From Lepidodermella squamata (Eukaryota; Animalia; Gastrotricha), in assembly GCA_047495785.1 (NCBI GenBank), contig JBLDXI010000036.1:310001-374000 (forward strand): DNA of 64,000 bases. The letters are read 5' to 3'. Of the stretch, positions 13,001-25,945 are shown one piece after another. Within the stretch, counting starts at the first letter, position 1, and each line of letters opens with the position of its first letter. Position numbers and translations under genes: made by a program. The notes below the pieces were generated by a model, which was not told the DNA's origin, ran no database searches, and was given only the letters and a program-made list of their open reading frames with translations.

Positions 13001-13745
13001 CACATAATTATGTACAGATAGGGGCACTCTTACTCAAATTAAATTAATTTTCGAAATCTGAAATTCTGAAATTTGGCTATTTAAAAACTCACTCCACTAG
13101 TAGGGCACGATCCATTTTTCGGAATGCAGGTCCGCTGGCCGTTTTTGTCACACAGTGCCGATTCGATGTTCTGCGTGGAAATATCAACTCAGTCCTCAAA
13201 TTATACAAAAACAGCGGCTTACTAGAAAACCTTTAATTGTCGACCTACACAGCTTGTACTGCGCTTCAAAGTTATTGCCTAGAAATTCAGCAGTCTAAAA
13301 TAAAAATTTGAAATTAGAAAGCCATAAATTTGAAGAAATTTGAAGACACTAACCATGACTTCATCGGCCGCAGAACAACCCAAGTTGCGGGGGATACAAC
13401 GCATGTTGATTGTTTTGTAGTTGAAACAGCTCCGCGCCGCCTGAGAAATGCCAGTGAATGTGATTAAAATTAATTATGGATTCGAAATTTCAATATCTCA
13501 CCCCATCCACGCAACTGGCGTATGATGGCAGGAGTGTTCCGAGCTGAAAAACCGGTAGTTGGGTTTTATAGGGAAATAACTCAATACATAACTGTATCAC
13601 ACACCTGAACTTCGTCGAGGAAGGAACAGGCCGTTTTGCAGCCGGTGAAGCTGTCATTGAGCCGAGAGAAGCAGCGCTTGTAGTCGACTGAGAAGGCCGA
13701 ATCGGCTAAGCTCAGGATTAGAATTAGGACGATAGTTGTAGCCAT
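7039..13745 (-). CDS. Secreted Cys-rich multi-exon protein with C-terminal C-type-lectin-like domain, paralogue 2
   Basis: Exon 1 13745-13605 encodes MATTIVLILILSLADSAFSVDYKRCFSRLNDSFTGCKTACSFLDEVQ; many 40-110 nt exons follow. Last exon 7531-7039 has the CTLD pattern (C...G.I..P....WVG....W.DG....W....C....C....CE). Middle exons (8100-9000) only partly resolved. Confidence 0.75.
9933..12390 (-). mobile_element. Mutator-like (MULE) transposase with SWIM zinc finger, apparently intact, about 766 aa (exons 12390-11943, 11890-11789, 11729-11459, 11412-9933)
   Basis: Three GT-AG introns give one continuous frame: VVVDTTF (D), FLVDKD (D), CFWH, TTNRGEG (E), SWIM CSC...PCHH, AT-hook RGRPR, basic NLS-like tail. 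Lies in the host intron 9673-13092. Confidence 0.88.
12911..13022. repeat. 32-bp tandem repeat x3.5 (ATTATGTACAAATAGGGAAAATATACCACATA), likely subterminal repeat of the MULE
   Basis: Units start at 12911, 12943, 12975 and 13007. Confidence 0.9.
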
Positions 13746-14329
13746 GTTATTTAAAATGATAGAAATATCTCTTCTATGCGTTTAAAAAAACCAGAATGAA
13801 AATGAACATTTTAATTTCACCAAAACCACCGTGACACGCGTTGTCTGACGCCATTTTGAAAAAACCCTTTAAACTTGCACCCATTTCAAGGCCGATACAC
13901 GTCTTGAACTCGAAAAAAAGACGAACGCGCGATCTCAAAGATACATTTATTATTTAAAATTTCTTGTCGTTAGGAGAAAAATAGGTTAAAAATTGTATCG
14001 TGATAAAATGCGTGATAAAATCATTTCATATACTTCTTATTTCAAAATCTACATATTGAATTTCAGTTTTTGCAAATTAATATTAAAACGAAGTGATTTT
14101 TCAATCGATCATGGATGTGAATGTGAACAATGCAAATTTTTTAGCGGTCCTTATTTTAAAGAGAAAATGTTTGGCCTAAATTCCTTAATCCAGGAATCGT
14201 GTTTTGCTCTGCTACTGCTCACTGGTTGTCTTAAAAATTTCAGCCAATTTGCTTGACTAACGTGAAATCAACGTGTCATAACAACTCAATCACCGCGAAT
14301 TCGATTGACTAATGGCGCTCTGGCATAGT

Positions 14330-14770
14330 GTGCGAAGCAGGATTTCCGAGCTGGTGTGTTCCCAATGTCGACGGAATTCAAGGTGCCCATTTAGATAATA
14401 AGTTTCAAAATGTCCAGAAATTTATTTAGAAATTTTAATTTTAATAGGGAAAAAGTGCCCGACCGCAATACCCCAGATATCGTAGCTGTGATCTGTGATG
14501 GATTGGGATCAATACACGGTGTTGATGGTTGTGGCCCACTCGCGAAATCTCAAAGTTTATCGACTGATAGGGATAAGACGTTTTGGTACACGCCATTAAT
14601 TCGAGCTGCTGTCCATGGGTAAGTCGGAGTTGCCGGGCTGTTGCTTGACCGAAATGCGTCGATCGATAGAGGATCTGCAACGCTAATGCATTTGGCTAAC
14701 GGCTAAAGCAGAGCGAGTCGAACAGCCGAGTTCGGCTGGTGTTGGACTGAAACGCTTCAATTGAAGCCAC
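14330..14770 (+). pseudogene. Degraded paralogue of the Sushi-ankyrin gene
   Basis: TPLIRAAVHG*VGVAGLLLDRNASID matches PPLIRATVHGHIEIVRLLLDRNASIN (34560-34640) at DNA level, with stops and deletions. Confidence 0.7.
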
Positions 14771-14997
14771 AAAACGGAGAGATGGCACTCGGCGCGCGAA
14801 GTAGGATCCTCGAGCTATAGGGTATTTTCGGGCACAAATTTTGTGACCAAAGGGTACCCCTGCTAGATTTAGGTGAAAAAGTTGACATTGTAGATACAGA
14901 GCTAGAAAGGGCTGTGTGGAAAGGTTCTTTTTGAATATTTGAACAACTTTTGTTTCACAAAACATATACGGAACAAAACGCCGGCCTTAGCAATGAT

Positions 14998-15277
14998 TTA
15001 TTTCAACCTAGCATCACTACTAGTTGACAATGCAAATATATGTGATTGTGACTCCAGGCAATAATATATGGATGGATCACCAAAGCTCTGAATCGTCCCA
15101 GGAAGGCCTTCTTCGGCGGTAACACATGGTATTGGTCTTCGCGTCGATTGGCATATGAGTGTCACGAGGGTAAGAGCAGCCTATGTGGAAATGAATCGTT
15201 AGGCTCTAAAGGGTATGATTTTTGTTAAGAGGCTTTCTTACCAAAACAGCGATCATCAATGCGAGCTTAACTGCCAT
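14998..15277 (-). CDS. Small secreted peptide precursor family, copy A (exons 15277-15242, 15180-14998; 72 aa; may be decaying)
   Basis: MAVKLALMIAVL|AALTLVTLICQSTRRPIPCVTAEEGLPGTIQSFGDPSIYYCLESQ...; same 36-nt signal exon and CCACATAG acceptor as the copies at 32 kb and 38 kb. The C-terminus reads into sequence that is 3'UTR in the paralogues. Confidence 0.6.
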
Positions 15278-15389
15278 GAAAGGTAACATTTCGAAGTTTT
15301 CTTGAAGATAGAAACTTGAATAATGACATGAGAGTAGCTTTGCTTATCGATGAGCAATTCGTCAGACATTGTATGTTTTGTATTAGGGA

Positions 15390-15560
15390 TGCTAGATAGC
15401 GCACAACGAAAAAATGGTCGGCAGAATGATGACGTCGAGAAGCTTCTCATTAACACGGCGATCACCTATGCGAGCTTAGCTGCTATATGAGTAATTAACA
15501 GATGAAAGAAAATATGCAGACTTTTTTCTTGAAGATAGAAACCTGAATAGTGACGTAAGC
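15390..15560 (-). pseudogene. Peptide family remnant B
   Basis: Degenerate signal exon (ATA start, internal TAG) plus the upstream TTCTTGAAGATAGAAAC motif (+ strand) shared with the other copies. Confidence 0.55.
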
Positions 15561-16289
15561 ACTCTAGGGCTTAAACTAACAACAGGAAGGCGACTGATTC
15601 AACAATATGAAGAATTTCTTAAGCACCGATGAGAAATTGACTAAAATGAAGAAAATAAGTTGAACACAAACGACATGATGATCCTGCTGGTGAACAAATA
15701 AAAAATTTTCGTGTTCAGATAATGAAATGGTTAATCATCTCTTTCTATAAAACAACCGAGCGCAACAAGCTTAGCGAACTCGTTCGACGATTGACGGCTA
15801 GTTCGAGCAGCGCCAAGACTCTACAGTCACCGTTGTCGCTCCTTCACATCACGCTTTAGCGATATTTTACAGGTGAGCTGCTTTCTTCTCTGGCTTCAAT
15901 CGGAATTTTCATTGAACCAAGGTCTCAAGGTCGCTGATGTGCACTGAATTTTTGCAGCCGCCGCTTTTCCAGCCTGACAAACAATTTCAGCCAGCGGAAC
16001 GAACTCTTCAAATCTGTGGCTGGATAGCTAACAAGAAGTCACCTCTCCGTAAAACACTCTATTACCGCTACTATATCACAGCTACAACTGCGCTGAAGAC
16101 TGAAGAACGAGCAGGAGAGCCAATGGCCCCAGCGAAACTTCCATCAAATAGGTTTTTCGAATCGGCCGAGCTTCTATTTTTCAATCTCAATATGGAATAA
16201 CCAAAACTCTGGTGACTGGTGAACTGTGGACAACGTTTTCGCCTGAAGCCTGAACTCTTTGGAAATTCAGCTTTTGAATATTTATTCTA

Positions 16290-16480
16290 GTTACTTTTGA
16301 TTTACTACTAAAATGCACGGTATTGACTGTCGCGTCGGCATCCGAATGAATGCCATGATTTGAACAGCAGCCTATGTTGAAATGACGTGCTGAAATAAGC
16401 TACGAAGGGTAAAAGTCACCTTAAGAGGATTCTGGCTTCTGGCCTAAACAACGATCACCAATGCGAGTTTTGTTACCATT
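16290..16480 (-). pseudogene. Peptide family pseudogene C
   Basis: MVTKLALVIVV* with the splice donor lost; exon 2 AAVQIMAFIRMPTRQSIPC is homologous to copy A. Confidence 0.65.
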
Positions 16481-16894
16481 AGTAGCTAATTTCGCTACAC
16501 GATTTTGATTTAAAATGGATTTAAAATACGTTCGAATTCCCGATTATTGGTTCGAGTGCAATATCATGGCGTACCAAGGAACTCTTATGAATCATGATTT
16601 TGATGGTAAACATAACATGTGTATGCCAGCAGCTGATCCAATTTTGTTCATAAGGTCACGCATCTGTCTGTATAAATAATTTACACAGACATTTAAATGT
16701 AATGATTAGATCCGGTTTTGACGCATTTTACTGTATTTATTAAATGTTAGCGATATGTAGCAAGCTAATGATTCATTCACTTTTCACGGATATTTTAGCC
16801 GAACCGCCGATGCACTGGAGTTGAAGCTTGCCAGGACGCTCAGATTACAGGCTATTATTACGCAATTATAATTTGCCAATATATTTCACGGTTT

Positions 16895-17043
16895 CAGCTG
16901 AACAGGGAAAGGAGGGCTATCGTACCCCCAGTTCGACAGGGCAAAAAAGAAAACCCGCGAAAAAGCCACAGGCGGGACACTTTGGTCGTGAAATTTGGCC
17001 CCGAAAATACCCCGTAGTTCGAGGATCCTACTTCGCGCACTGT
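16895..17043. mobile_element. MITE family with CAGTG-type end (Tc1/mariner-like); related pieces at about 14790-14865, 20339-21732, 30345-30425 and 45130-45213
   Basis: Shared terminal sequence CAGTGCGCGAAGTAGGATCCTCGAACTA...TATTTTCGGG in either orientation. Confidence 0.65.
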
Positions 17044-17130
17044 AGCTGAAGACCATGAATAAAAACCGGAGAACACGAGAATATTGCCTTTACATGACGG
17101 GCAAAACATAACACGTTTGTTTAACACAAC

Positions 17131-18338
17131 ATGGATAAAGCGCGAATAAATTCTCGTTATATTCTCATACTATCTATCTTGCTTAACATAATATTATTGT
17201 TCGCGTTTTTTCGACCGAGTCGAAAATTGAAAATCTACTCGAAAAATGGCAGCAACTTCACGAATTTTACTACAACCGGAATTAAATGGATCGACAACAT
17301 TTTTCGAGACAGCCCAAAGGACTCTCTGAGAATTTTCTTGCAGGAAAATAAGACGGATTTCGAGCCGGAAGCGGATGAAAGATGTAGCCTTGTTACTGGA
17401 AAACGAATCGTTTTGACCTTTGGCTCACACGGCCTTTACTTGAAACAGGCCGAGGCTAATTGTGCAATTACAATTGAAAATCCTGGAATCGACGCTTGTG
17501 TAGTGGCAAATTTGAATATTTTGGATGAGAGCTTCCGGTCTCGGAATCAGGAAAAAATACTGAGCGCAAAACGAGGGGCTGGCTATTGGTTGTGGAAGCC
17601 GTATTTAATTTTCAAGTTTCTGGTCGAACTGCCCGAGGAAGATCAACTTTTGTACATGGATGGCGACCGAATGCTAGTAAACGATTTGGAAGAATTTGGG
17701 TGTCTTCAGGTTAGAAAAAACTGCTATAATCAAATTGGACAAAGGGACCAAATCATTCTCTTATTTTTTACCGGTTTTTCAAGTGTCCATTGGACCCTTA
17801 GACTTGGAACCTTGGGTTTTGTTTGACCTAGCGTAGTATAACTTCCCCAATTCCTTCCTTTCAGGCGCAGTTGGGTCAGTCCGTTGTGCCGTTCTACCAA
17901 CCATACGACGACCGTTCCTGGACGAAAGCTGACGCGTATTTCCTGTTGAATGTCGAAAATCTACTGCCCAGAATAGCCGAAACAATGCAAGTCTACGGCG
18001 CGTATCTCATGCTCCGAAAATCGCAGGAGTCTCTTCGATTCATCTCAGAATGGCTGACCTACGCCCAGGATGAGCGGCTCATCGACGATCAGCCGAGCTC
18101 AACGCGCGAAGAACGACCCGGCTTCATCGAACATCGCCATGATCAATCGATCCTCAGCCTGTTGTCGAAAAAGTGGAACCTCACAACATGGCCGAGTCCT
18201 GAATCGCCATTTTTCTGGTTCATCCCGGAAGATCATGATGCGTTTGGAAATGTTTTGGCAAGCTTCAATCCACTTGATGTTGAGAAGCTGAAAAATCAAG
18301 GAATAAAGTTTCCGACACAGCGGCTAATACACGGTTAG
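17131..18338 (+). CDS. Glycosyltransferase-like copy 2 (exons 17131-17709, 17865-18338)
   Basis: Same motifs and intron position as copy 1. Confidence 0.85.
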
Positions 18339-19631
18339 ATGATAAGATTGAGGACCGTATCATTCCCAAATTGTCGGTAACAAAGAATAAATCATAACAG
18401 ACAGACAGTATTCTTGAGCTTCAAAACTGTCGCATGGAAAGCTGAATTATGTTCTGAATACTGGCTTTGGAAGAATTTTCAGACTTACTGTTGTCAGTGC
18501 TATCAGTGAAGGGGTTGGTAGTGACCTTTATGGGAGTAATTTAGATTTCAGAATGTGAAGATGTCAAAAACATCCGATGTGGAGATCAGGGTGCTCAAAA
18601 CATAGCTTTAAATCAGCTGTGCCGATAGTGAGATTTCGACCACTTATCGGTAATAGGTAGCCGCTAGTAACTAAAATCTACGAATCATGTCAAGTATGTT
18701 CTCTTCAAGAGATAAAATTCGGCCGTGAAAGGGTTATCAATCTTGATCGTTATCAATATCGTGATATCGTGATATCGTGTGTATACGAAAGTTGCAACTC
18801 CATGAGGCCCCACTCTAAGTTTCACCTGACAGCAAGGTTCGGGTTGAAATCGGCGCGAAGAACCCTGACGTAAATGAGGATTGGAGGAAGTTTAAAAAAG
18901 GAAATGAAAATGGTCCCTAAATACGAGTTATCATATTGTTTATTTCTCATCTGCTTCCAGTGGCTCACCAGTGCTTAGGACGCAGAAACTGAAAACAGAG
19001 AACTGGTCAGGATAGGGAAAATCGGCAAAGGGGCCTTTTTTGTCTTCGAATGAGTTCACTTAGCATAACGATTGAACTGGGAGGGATGATCCATACCATC
19101 CCTAGCGGTACTTCGCTCTCTGACGGAAAGAGTTAGGGAAAGTGGGCTCTGCTGGATATGCGAATGGCTAATCTCTAAAATCTACAAAGTTGCTTGGTTT
19201 CCAAGTTGTTGAAACTGATTAAAATTACTAAAAATGACGTTGGAAAAAATCCGGATTACTCATAAAATTCAAGCCAAATCCAATCCCTAGAAATCCCATT
19301 TTTTTACGCGGGCGACCGACGCTTACCTATGGGCACGACGAAACTGCTGTATTGTGGTCCCGGAATTGTGCCACAATAACAGTTAGTGTCGCACGCTTGA
19401 CTATCTGTTAGTGTCGCGTCGCTGTTTTCGTGCGATACACCCACGACAGTCGCGTTGTCACGCGCGACACTTGAACTGGCACTTGACGGAGTGATTTCTT
19501 TCGGCACGCAAGCAAGAAAGCAAAAAATTGCGATGAGTCATATCGGCACGTATAAATGTACTAGCGTGTCAGATCTACTGTACTTATATATCTTTACACG
19601 AAACATGAAATGTTTACTACCAAATTTATGA

Positions 19632-22260
19632 ATGAATTTGATGCGAATAACATCTCACTTTATTCTTATAACATCCATCTTGCTTAACATTATACTTTTG
19701 CTATCGTTTTTTCGACGACCGAATCAGCAACAATTCAAAACTCACTCAAAAAATGGCAGTGATTTCGCGAATTTTACTACAACCGGAATTTATTGGATCG
19801 ACAAAATTATTCGAGAAAACCCGGCAAATTCTCTTCGAGTATTCAGGCCTGATAATAGGACGGATTTCCAGCTAGGAGCGGATGAGAAATGTGGCCTTGT
19901 CCCTGGCAATCGAATCATTTTGACCTTTGGCTCGCATGGTCCTTACTTGACACGAGCCGAGATTTTGTGTTCCCTTGCTGTCGGAATTCCAGGAATCGAC
20001 GCGTGTGTTGTGGCGAATTTGAATATTTTGGATGAGAGCTTCCGGTCTCGAAATCAGGAGAAAATACTGAGCTTAAAACGAGGGGCTGGCTATTGGCTGT
20101 GGAAGCCGTATGTAATTTTCAAGTTTCTGGTCGAATTACCCGAGGAAGATCAACTTTTGTATATGGATGCCGACAAAATACTAGTCAGAGATTTGGAAGA
20201 ATACGTCTGTCTTCAGGTCAGTAAATTCATAGTATGGCCAAACCTGTTTCTTATTTCGGACTTTACCCCAAAATCGATATAGGTTTTTAGGTTACTCTCT
20301 CTGGACCTCTAGAGGTTAGAACCTGGGACCTTGGGCCCAGTGCGCGATGTAGGATCCTCGAACTAGGGCGAACTATTTTCGGGCCCAAAGAACTAAGGGC
20401 CCCGCCCTGTGGTTTTTTTTGAATTTTTTCACTCTGGCCTGCTGGCCGGGCGACACAATAGAATGCGACATAATAGCGAGGAACCCCAAAATAGCGAGGC
20501 ACAAAATAGAAAGCGACTTAATAGCGAACATTTATCTTGCCCGGAATAGCACGCGACATAATAGCGAAATATCTGGCTGCGACACAATAGAAGGCGACAA
20601 TATGGCGAATATTACCTGCGGCCTCAATGGAAGTGCGAGATATCGTAAACATGTAATCAGATTTTATATCGAAAATAGGAGTCGTGGAAGCCTGGTATAA
20701 ACCCTAATTAGGGTGAATTTTTTATGGTTGGACACACGTTTTTGGTACCATCAGCGATTTAATGCATTATTGCGGTTATTGAGCGGTGCGCAGTGCTTTT
20801 ACATGCGCTTATTCTCCAAGTCTTCTAGGCTTCGAGTAATGGGTAGATAGCAGGTAATCGCTCAGAGTTCCAAGCATTGATGATCATGCTTCTTAACATC
20901 TCACAGTTGATAGACATGGCTAGATTGTTACCAGCTAAAAGCGCATCACAAGTATAGGCACTCTTTGGAATAGGGAATAGTTCAGCTTATTGGTCAACCG
21001 GCCGGAATTTAGCCGACCCATACCCGACAGGCGACCGGTCAATTTATCGGCCGGTCAACCTGACCTTTTTCTATTTGATAAAAGAATAAAAGCTAACCGC
21101 TAACCGACGAAAACATATTAACATCGATAGAAATAGATCCATCGATAGAAAAGCGCGCCATGTTTATAAAACAGTGCGACCTATTTAATTTTGAGGTGTC
21201 CATTTTTAAATAGTAAAAATGAACATAAATTGAATAATAATCAAAACCTGATGTTCAATATTTGAATAACGATAATTTCTCCATTTCGTCACTCGCTATT
21301 ATGGTGATACTGATAATTTCGCTAATATGTCGCGCGCTATTCCGGGATTTCTTAATAGTCGCACGCTATTGTGGGCATCACTATATTCTCGCTATTTAGT
21401 CGCGCGCTATTGTGGATTCGCTATTGTGGATTAGCTATTGTGTCGGCCGGCCGGCCTGCTGGACTGGGGTGTACGATACCCCTCATTCCACCGTACTTCG
21501 CGCCTTGCTTGGGTTTCAATAGAATTTGTGTAATAGCTTCCTGCTCTAATAACTGTGCGGAGTAAGGGAGGGTGAGGGGGAACAGGGGGTTCCTCGTGTA
21601 CCCTACTCAAGGAGTTCAGGCGAGAAAACTCGGAAAACCACAGGGCGTAGCCTTTGGTCAGATAAATTCGTGGTCGACAAAACTAAAGCGTAACCCCAAC
21701 CGCGGGACGCGGGAATCCTAATCCATACACTGCCCCGTTAATAAATACTTAATGTTCATTCATTGATTTGCTCTGATTTCCAGGAGAAGTTAGGCCAATC
21801 AGTTGTACTATTCTACCAACCATACGACGAGAACTCATGGACCAAAGCTGACGCGTATTTCCTGATGAATGTCGAAAATCTACTGCCCAGAATAGCCGAA
21901 ACAATGCAAGTCTACGGCGCGTATCTCATGCTTCGAAAATCACAGGAGTCTCTTCGATTCGTCTCAGAATGGCTGACCTACGCCCAGGATGAGCGGCTCA
22001 TCGATGATCAGCCGAGCTCAACGCGCGAAGAACGACCCGGCTTCATCGAGCATCGCCATGATCAATCGATCCTCAGCCTGTTGTCGAAAAAGTGGAACCT
22101 AACAACATGGCCGAGTCCTGAATCGGCAAATTTCTCGGAAATCCTAGAAGATCGCGATTGGCTTGGGAATATTTGGACAAGCTTTAATCCGCTTGATGTT
22201 GAAAAGCTGAAACAGCTTAAAGTGAACATTCCGACGCGACAGCTCATCGAACAAGGATAG
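19632..22260 (+). CDS. Glycosyltransferase-like copy 3 (exons 19632-20216, 21784-22260)
   Basis: Same motifs (YMDAD); intron enlarged by nested MITEs. Confidence 0.85.
20444..21452. mobile_element. Non-autonomous DNA transposon (GG-starting TIRs, 8-bp TSD) nested in a CAGTG MITE inside the copy 3 intron
   Basis: TIR GGCCG(G/C)CGACACAATAG-like at both ends; TSD GGCCTGCT at 20436-20443 and 21453-21460; many subterminal AATAGCG/CGCTATT motifs. Confidence 0.85.
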
Positions 22261-25009
22261 GAACAAAATATCAGAAATTGTTAAATTCGGATATATTATT
22301 ACTATAGAATGATGAAATGAAATCGACTTTGATAAAAAAACATCACATGTTGCCGAAAAACATCCTGGAATTTTCATTTATAATGTCTCGTCAAATGATC
22401 GAATGAATCAGTCGATGACCGTCACCCCGCCGATCACAGAGCAAAATATTCAGGGTTCAGATTCGTGATTCATTGTTTTATTACGCTTTTGCAATAGGAA
22501 GACATAGCAAATTCACTACGAAATTATTGAATTCAGAACCCAATTATTCCAATCAGTTTCAAATCCCCAATTTGTAGACCCAGCCTCTAATCCTAACTCT
22601 AACCCTACACCACGCCCATTGTCCTCTAACCCTAACCAGTTAAATAACCGAATAAAATGGTAAGGTACTTGGTAAATTAAATGACATTTTTTACTGCATA
22701 ACGATTTTCCCTGAGAATTACTTTAACCTTGCAGCAAATTTGTCCATTTTCTTTCCAGCATCTCCAATTTTTCTCCAAATCTTGGGATTCATACTTATTC
22801 TGATAGATGAAGATTAGGGCTGTAAAAAAGCCCCCAACTCATTCATATAAGATTGTGGAAAGTCTGAGGTCGTCTTCCTTTTGTCTCTTAAGTCTATTGG
22901 CGAAACTTGAAAATGATTCATTTGACAAAATTAGTGTCAAACGATAGCTCTCGAATCATGCTATCAACTGGCGTCGTCGTTGGTTTCTTATCAAACGTCA
23001 TCTGGCGTCCATGATTGAATAAATGGAAATTTGCTGCGGCCAAAAGTGCCTTCCTTTTCCCTCAAAACAAGAATGGTTATTCATTCATTACTGAACTTTG
23101 ATTCACTGAACAACCATGGAGCAATATAATTTTCTGTCGTAACGTTGATTTATTGTTATAACCTCGCATCGCAACTAGTTGAACTTAACAATTTAAAATC
23201 GGAGGAATAGAGGAGATAATAATATCCAGCACCTCGAAATTCTACCCCATCTTATCTAAAAAGTCAGAGCGCAGGTTCAATTTTTTATCAAATCAAAAAT
23301 CGGAATAAGCCCCCATCCGATCGCTTACCTTGAAATCGGACATGTGGACCACGAATCTGATGCCAGGATTCACTGAAAGCAAACATTTTCCAGTGTTTCC
23401 CAGTGTAGTGTTTTGCGAATAAACCAAAGGGCCTCTTGGTTTGTTTAGCATTCATTCAGAGACCCCGAAGCTGGGATGTCGCGATATCCCAGCCCACCTG
23501 TGCTGTCGAAATGTCGTTCCATAATTGAATCAAGCTTCACTGTTCTTTAAACCCTATCGATATCCACGAGAAGACTTGTCAGGCTTATTTCATGGTGTCT
23601 GGTGTCGTTTCAACTTCGACAGACCTGGGCGACGTGATGTCGCCGTCCAAAAGATGCACTGAGTATTGTTTATAGGATTGTTTATAGGATTCAGTGAGGT
23701 GCGGCCGCTCAGACATCGCCTATTTTCCCAAAGTTGTTGTTTCAGCCTCCATTGGCTAGACGGTGTCTGATGTCTTGCCGCCATCACCCGTGATTTCTAT
23801 CAAATGTATGTTCAGCTAGGTGACGATATTCGATATTGGATGAGTGCTCTTCGAAAAGCTCAACGTAACTTAGTTCATTCATTTCTCATCACACTTTGAT
23901 AACAATTTGAATTATTTTCGGATACAAGTAACATGGATACAAGTAACTCATTTTGATATCACCATTTCCCCTAATAATAGGCTGCTCTAGCTGTTGTTCT
24001 CCTGGCGAATAACAAAAAGCTGGGAGCAGCTTGCAGCAAGCACGGCAAAGGGCAGGGCCACTATAGGAGAAGGCTTCAAGCGGTAAGTTGGTCTGCGTGA
24101 AGAACGATAAAGCGCGCGAATCCCAACCCGAAAAATGTCTATCAAAATAGGCAGTTGAGCAATTTAATGAATGGCTTGAATGAATTGAATGACAACGCCT
24201 ATGACCAAAATGACTGGCTTAAATCTATTGATTGGCTATTGATTGAGCTGTTCAAAGCGAAAGTGGTCCCAAGTCTCAAGTCTCAAGCCTACGCCTCACT
24301 AAATCTGTTGTCGCAAGCATTAAAACATATGTATTACGTACATATGTCGTATATAATGCGGACTTCTATGTAATGTTAACTTTACAGAGCAAAAGTGTCC
24401 TATGTAATGTTGATTTTCATCCTGATTTTTGGAATCCCTTGGGATCCCAAGTTGACCACAAATCGGAGTCGGCATCGAGGAATTCGAAAATGAATTTATT
24501 TGTTCACTTGGGTGGAAAATAGCCGATGAATCGCCTAAATTTTCGAAAATCGATCATTTTGGGAGTTTGGGTGATCGGTATATCTTTCAAAATATCAGAT
24601 TCGATAGGTTGGAAAAGTAAACAGGGTTGGAGGGGTTGGAAAAGTAAACAGATCAGGTGATTTTCGATTGCTCATTATTCTTGAACGATCAATCGCAATA
24701 AAAAATTTCCGGCAGTTCCAGATAGCTCGTGATTCGATGAACACATTGATTATTTTTTCGAAATTTCAACTATTTTTGAAGTGGGGAAAATGGCAAAATA
24801 ATTAAATTGATCATAAATTATGACTTTGGGAATAATCCGGATTGCTCATTGATATATCTCAATTCGGCTATGATCCGTGTGGCACACGGATAGGACACAA
24901 ATGTCAGAGAGAGAAGCGAAACGAGACGACAAATGGCTAACGATATTATTAACCTATAATAAATTTTGAAGAATAAAGAAGAATACTCATAGAAAACGAA
25001 TACTGTGAG

Positions 25010-25420
25010 CTGTTTCCTCACTCCTCAAAATGCCAAAGACAAAGTCCAAGACCATGGACAGTTGTCTTGAACACCACGGGGCAGTTTTTTGGAACAGTTT
25101 GCCCGACGCAGCGCGCTCTGCAACAAGTGCAGATCAGTGCAGGGACTCGGTCTACAACTACCTATTAAGTCTGGCTCCCAACACCATCTCAACAAAAAGT
25201 CAGCAGCCTGAAATGAAACATATATTCGCTTATTTTTCTACTATTATTGTTGCTCAATTTTTTACTGATTTTTGTCAACTTATCTAACATGATGTTTTAT
25301 AACCACGTAATCTTGTGTACAGTTTGATCAAACCCTAACAAACCATTGTCTTTTTTTACAGCTGAGCTTTCCAACTTTTTCTAAAAACGAATGAATGGCT
25401 CTTACATAAATAAATAAATG
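25010..25420 (+). mobile_element. 5'-truncated LINE (CR1/L2-group) 3' end
   Basis: GAVFWNSLPDAARSATS resembles the ORF2 C-terminal WNxLP motif; ends in a (TAAA)n tail. Confidence 0.65.
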
Positions 25421-25945
25421 AATGCTCACGTCCGCATGTCTGCGGGCTGCGAGCGCAATTTTTTGAAAGCAAAACCCAATCCCCCCTCTCCAAAAATCTT
25501 AAGGAACGCAAATGCCAATCCTATCCGACGCTTGAGGGCCGCTTGAGGCTATTCATAGACAAATAATAAGAGACTGGACTCTCTTGCCTTAGCAATACTG
25601 CCGAAATTCGAATTGACAATTTACAATTCCTCTATAAGCGCATTTTCAAGGAAATTTGCGAATTTCAGCCCTCACTCATAGAATAGAGTAACTCTATTCT
25701 CTATACCCTCACGATATCCTGGCGTTGCAACGACGTTTTCATCGGCTGTGGACGAGCCGTGGCCATAAAACGCAGTAGCTCGCGCTATATATAACCATAT
25801 AAATTTTGAAGCTTATCATCAAAATTTCCTCAAAAATCATGGTTTAAAAAACGTTGAGATCCTGCACGGCAATTTGCCCCACATCAGAATGGCAGAATGG
25901 CACTAATTGTATCGATGCAGAATTTTATGAGCTATATTATTTTAC

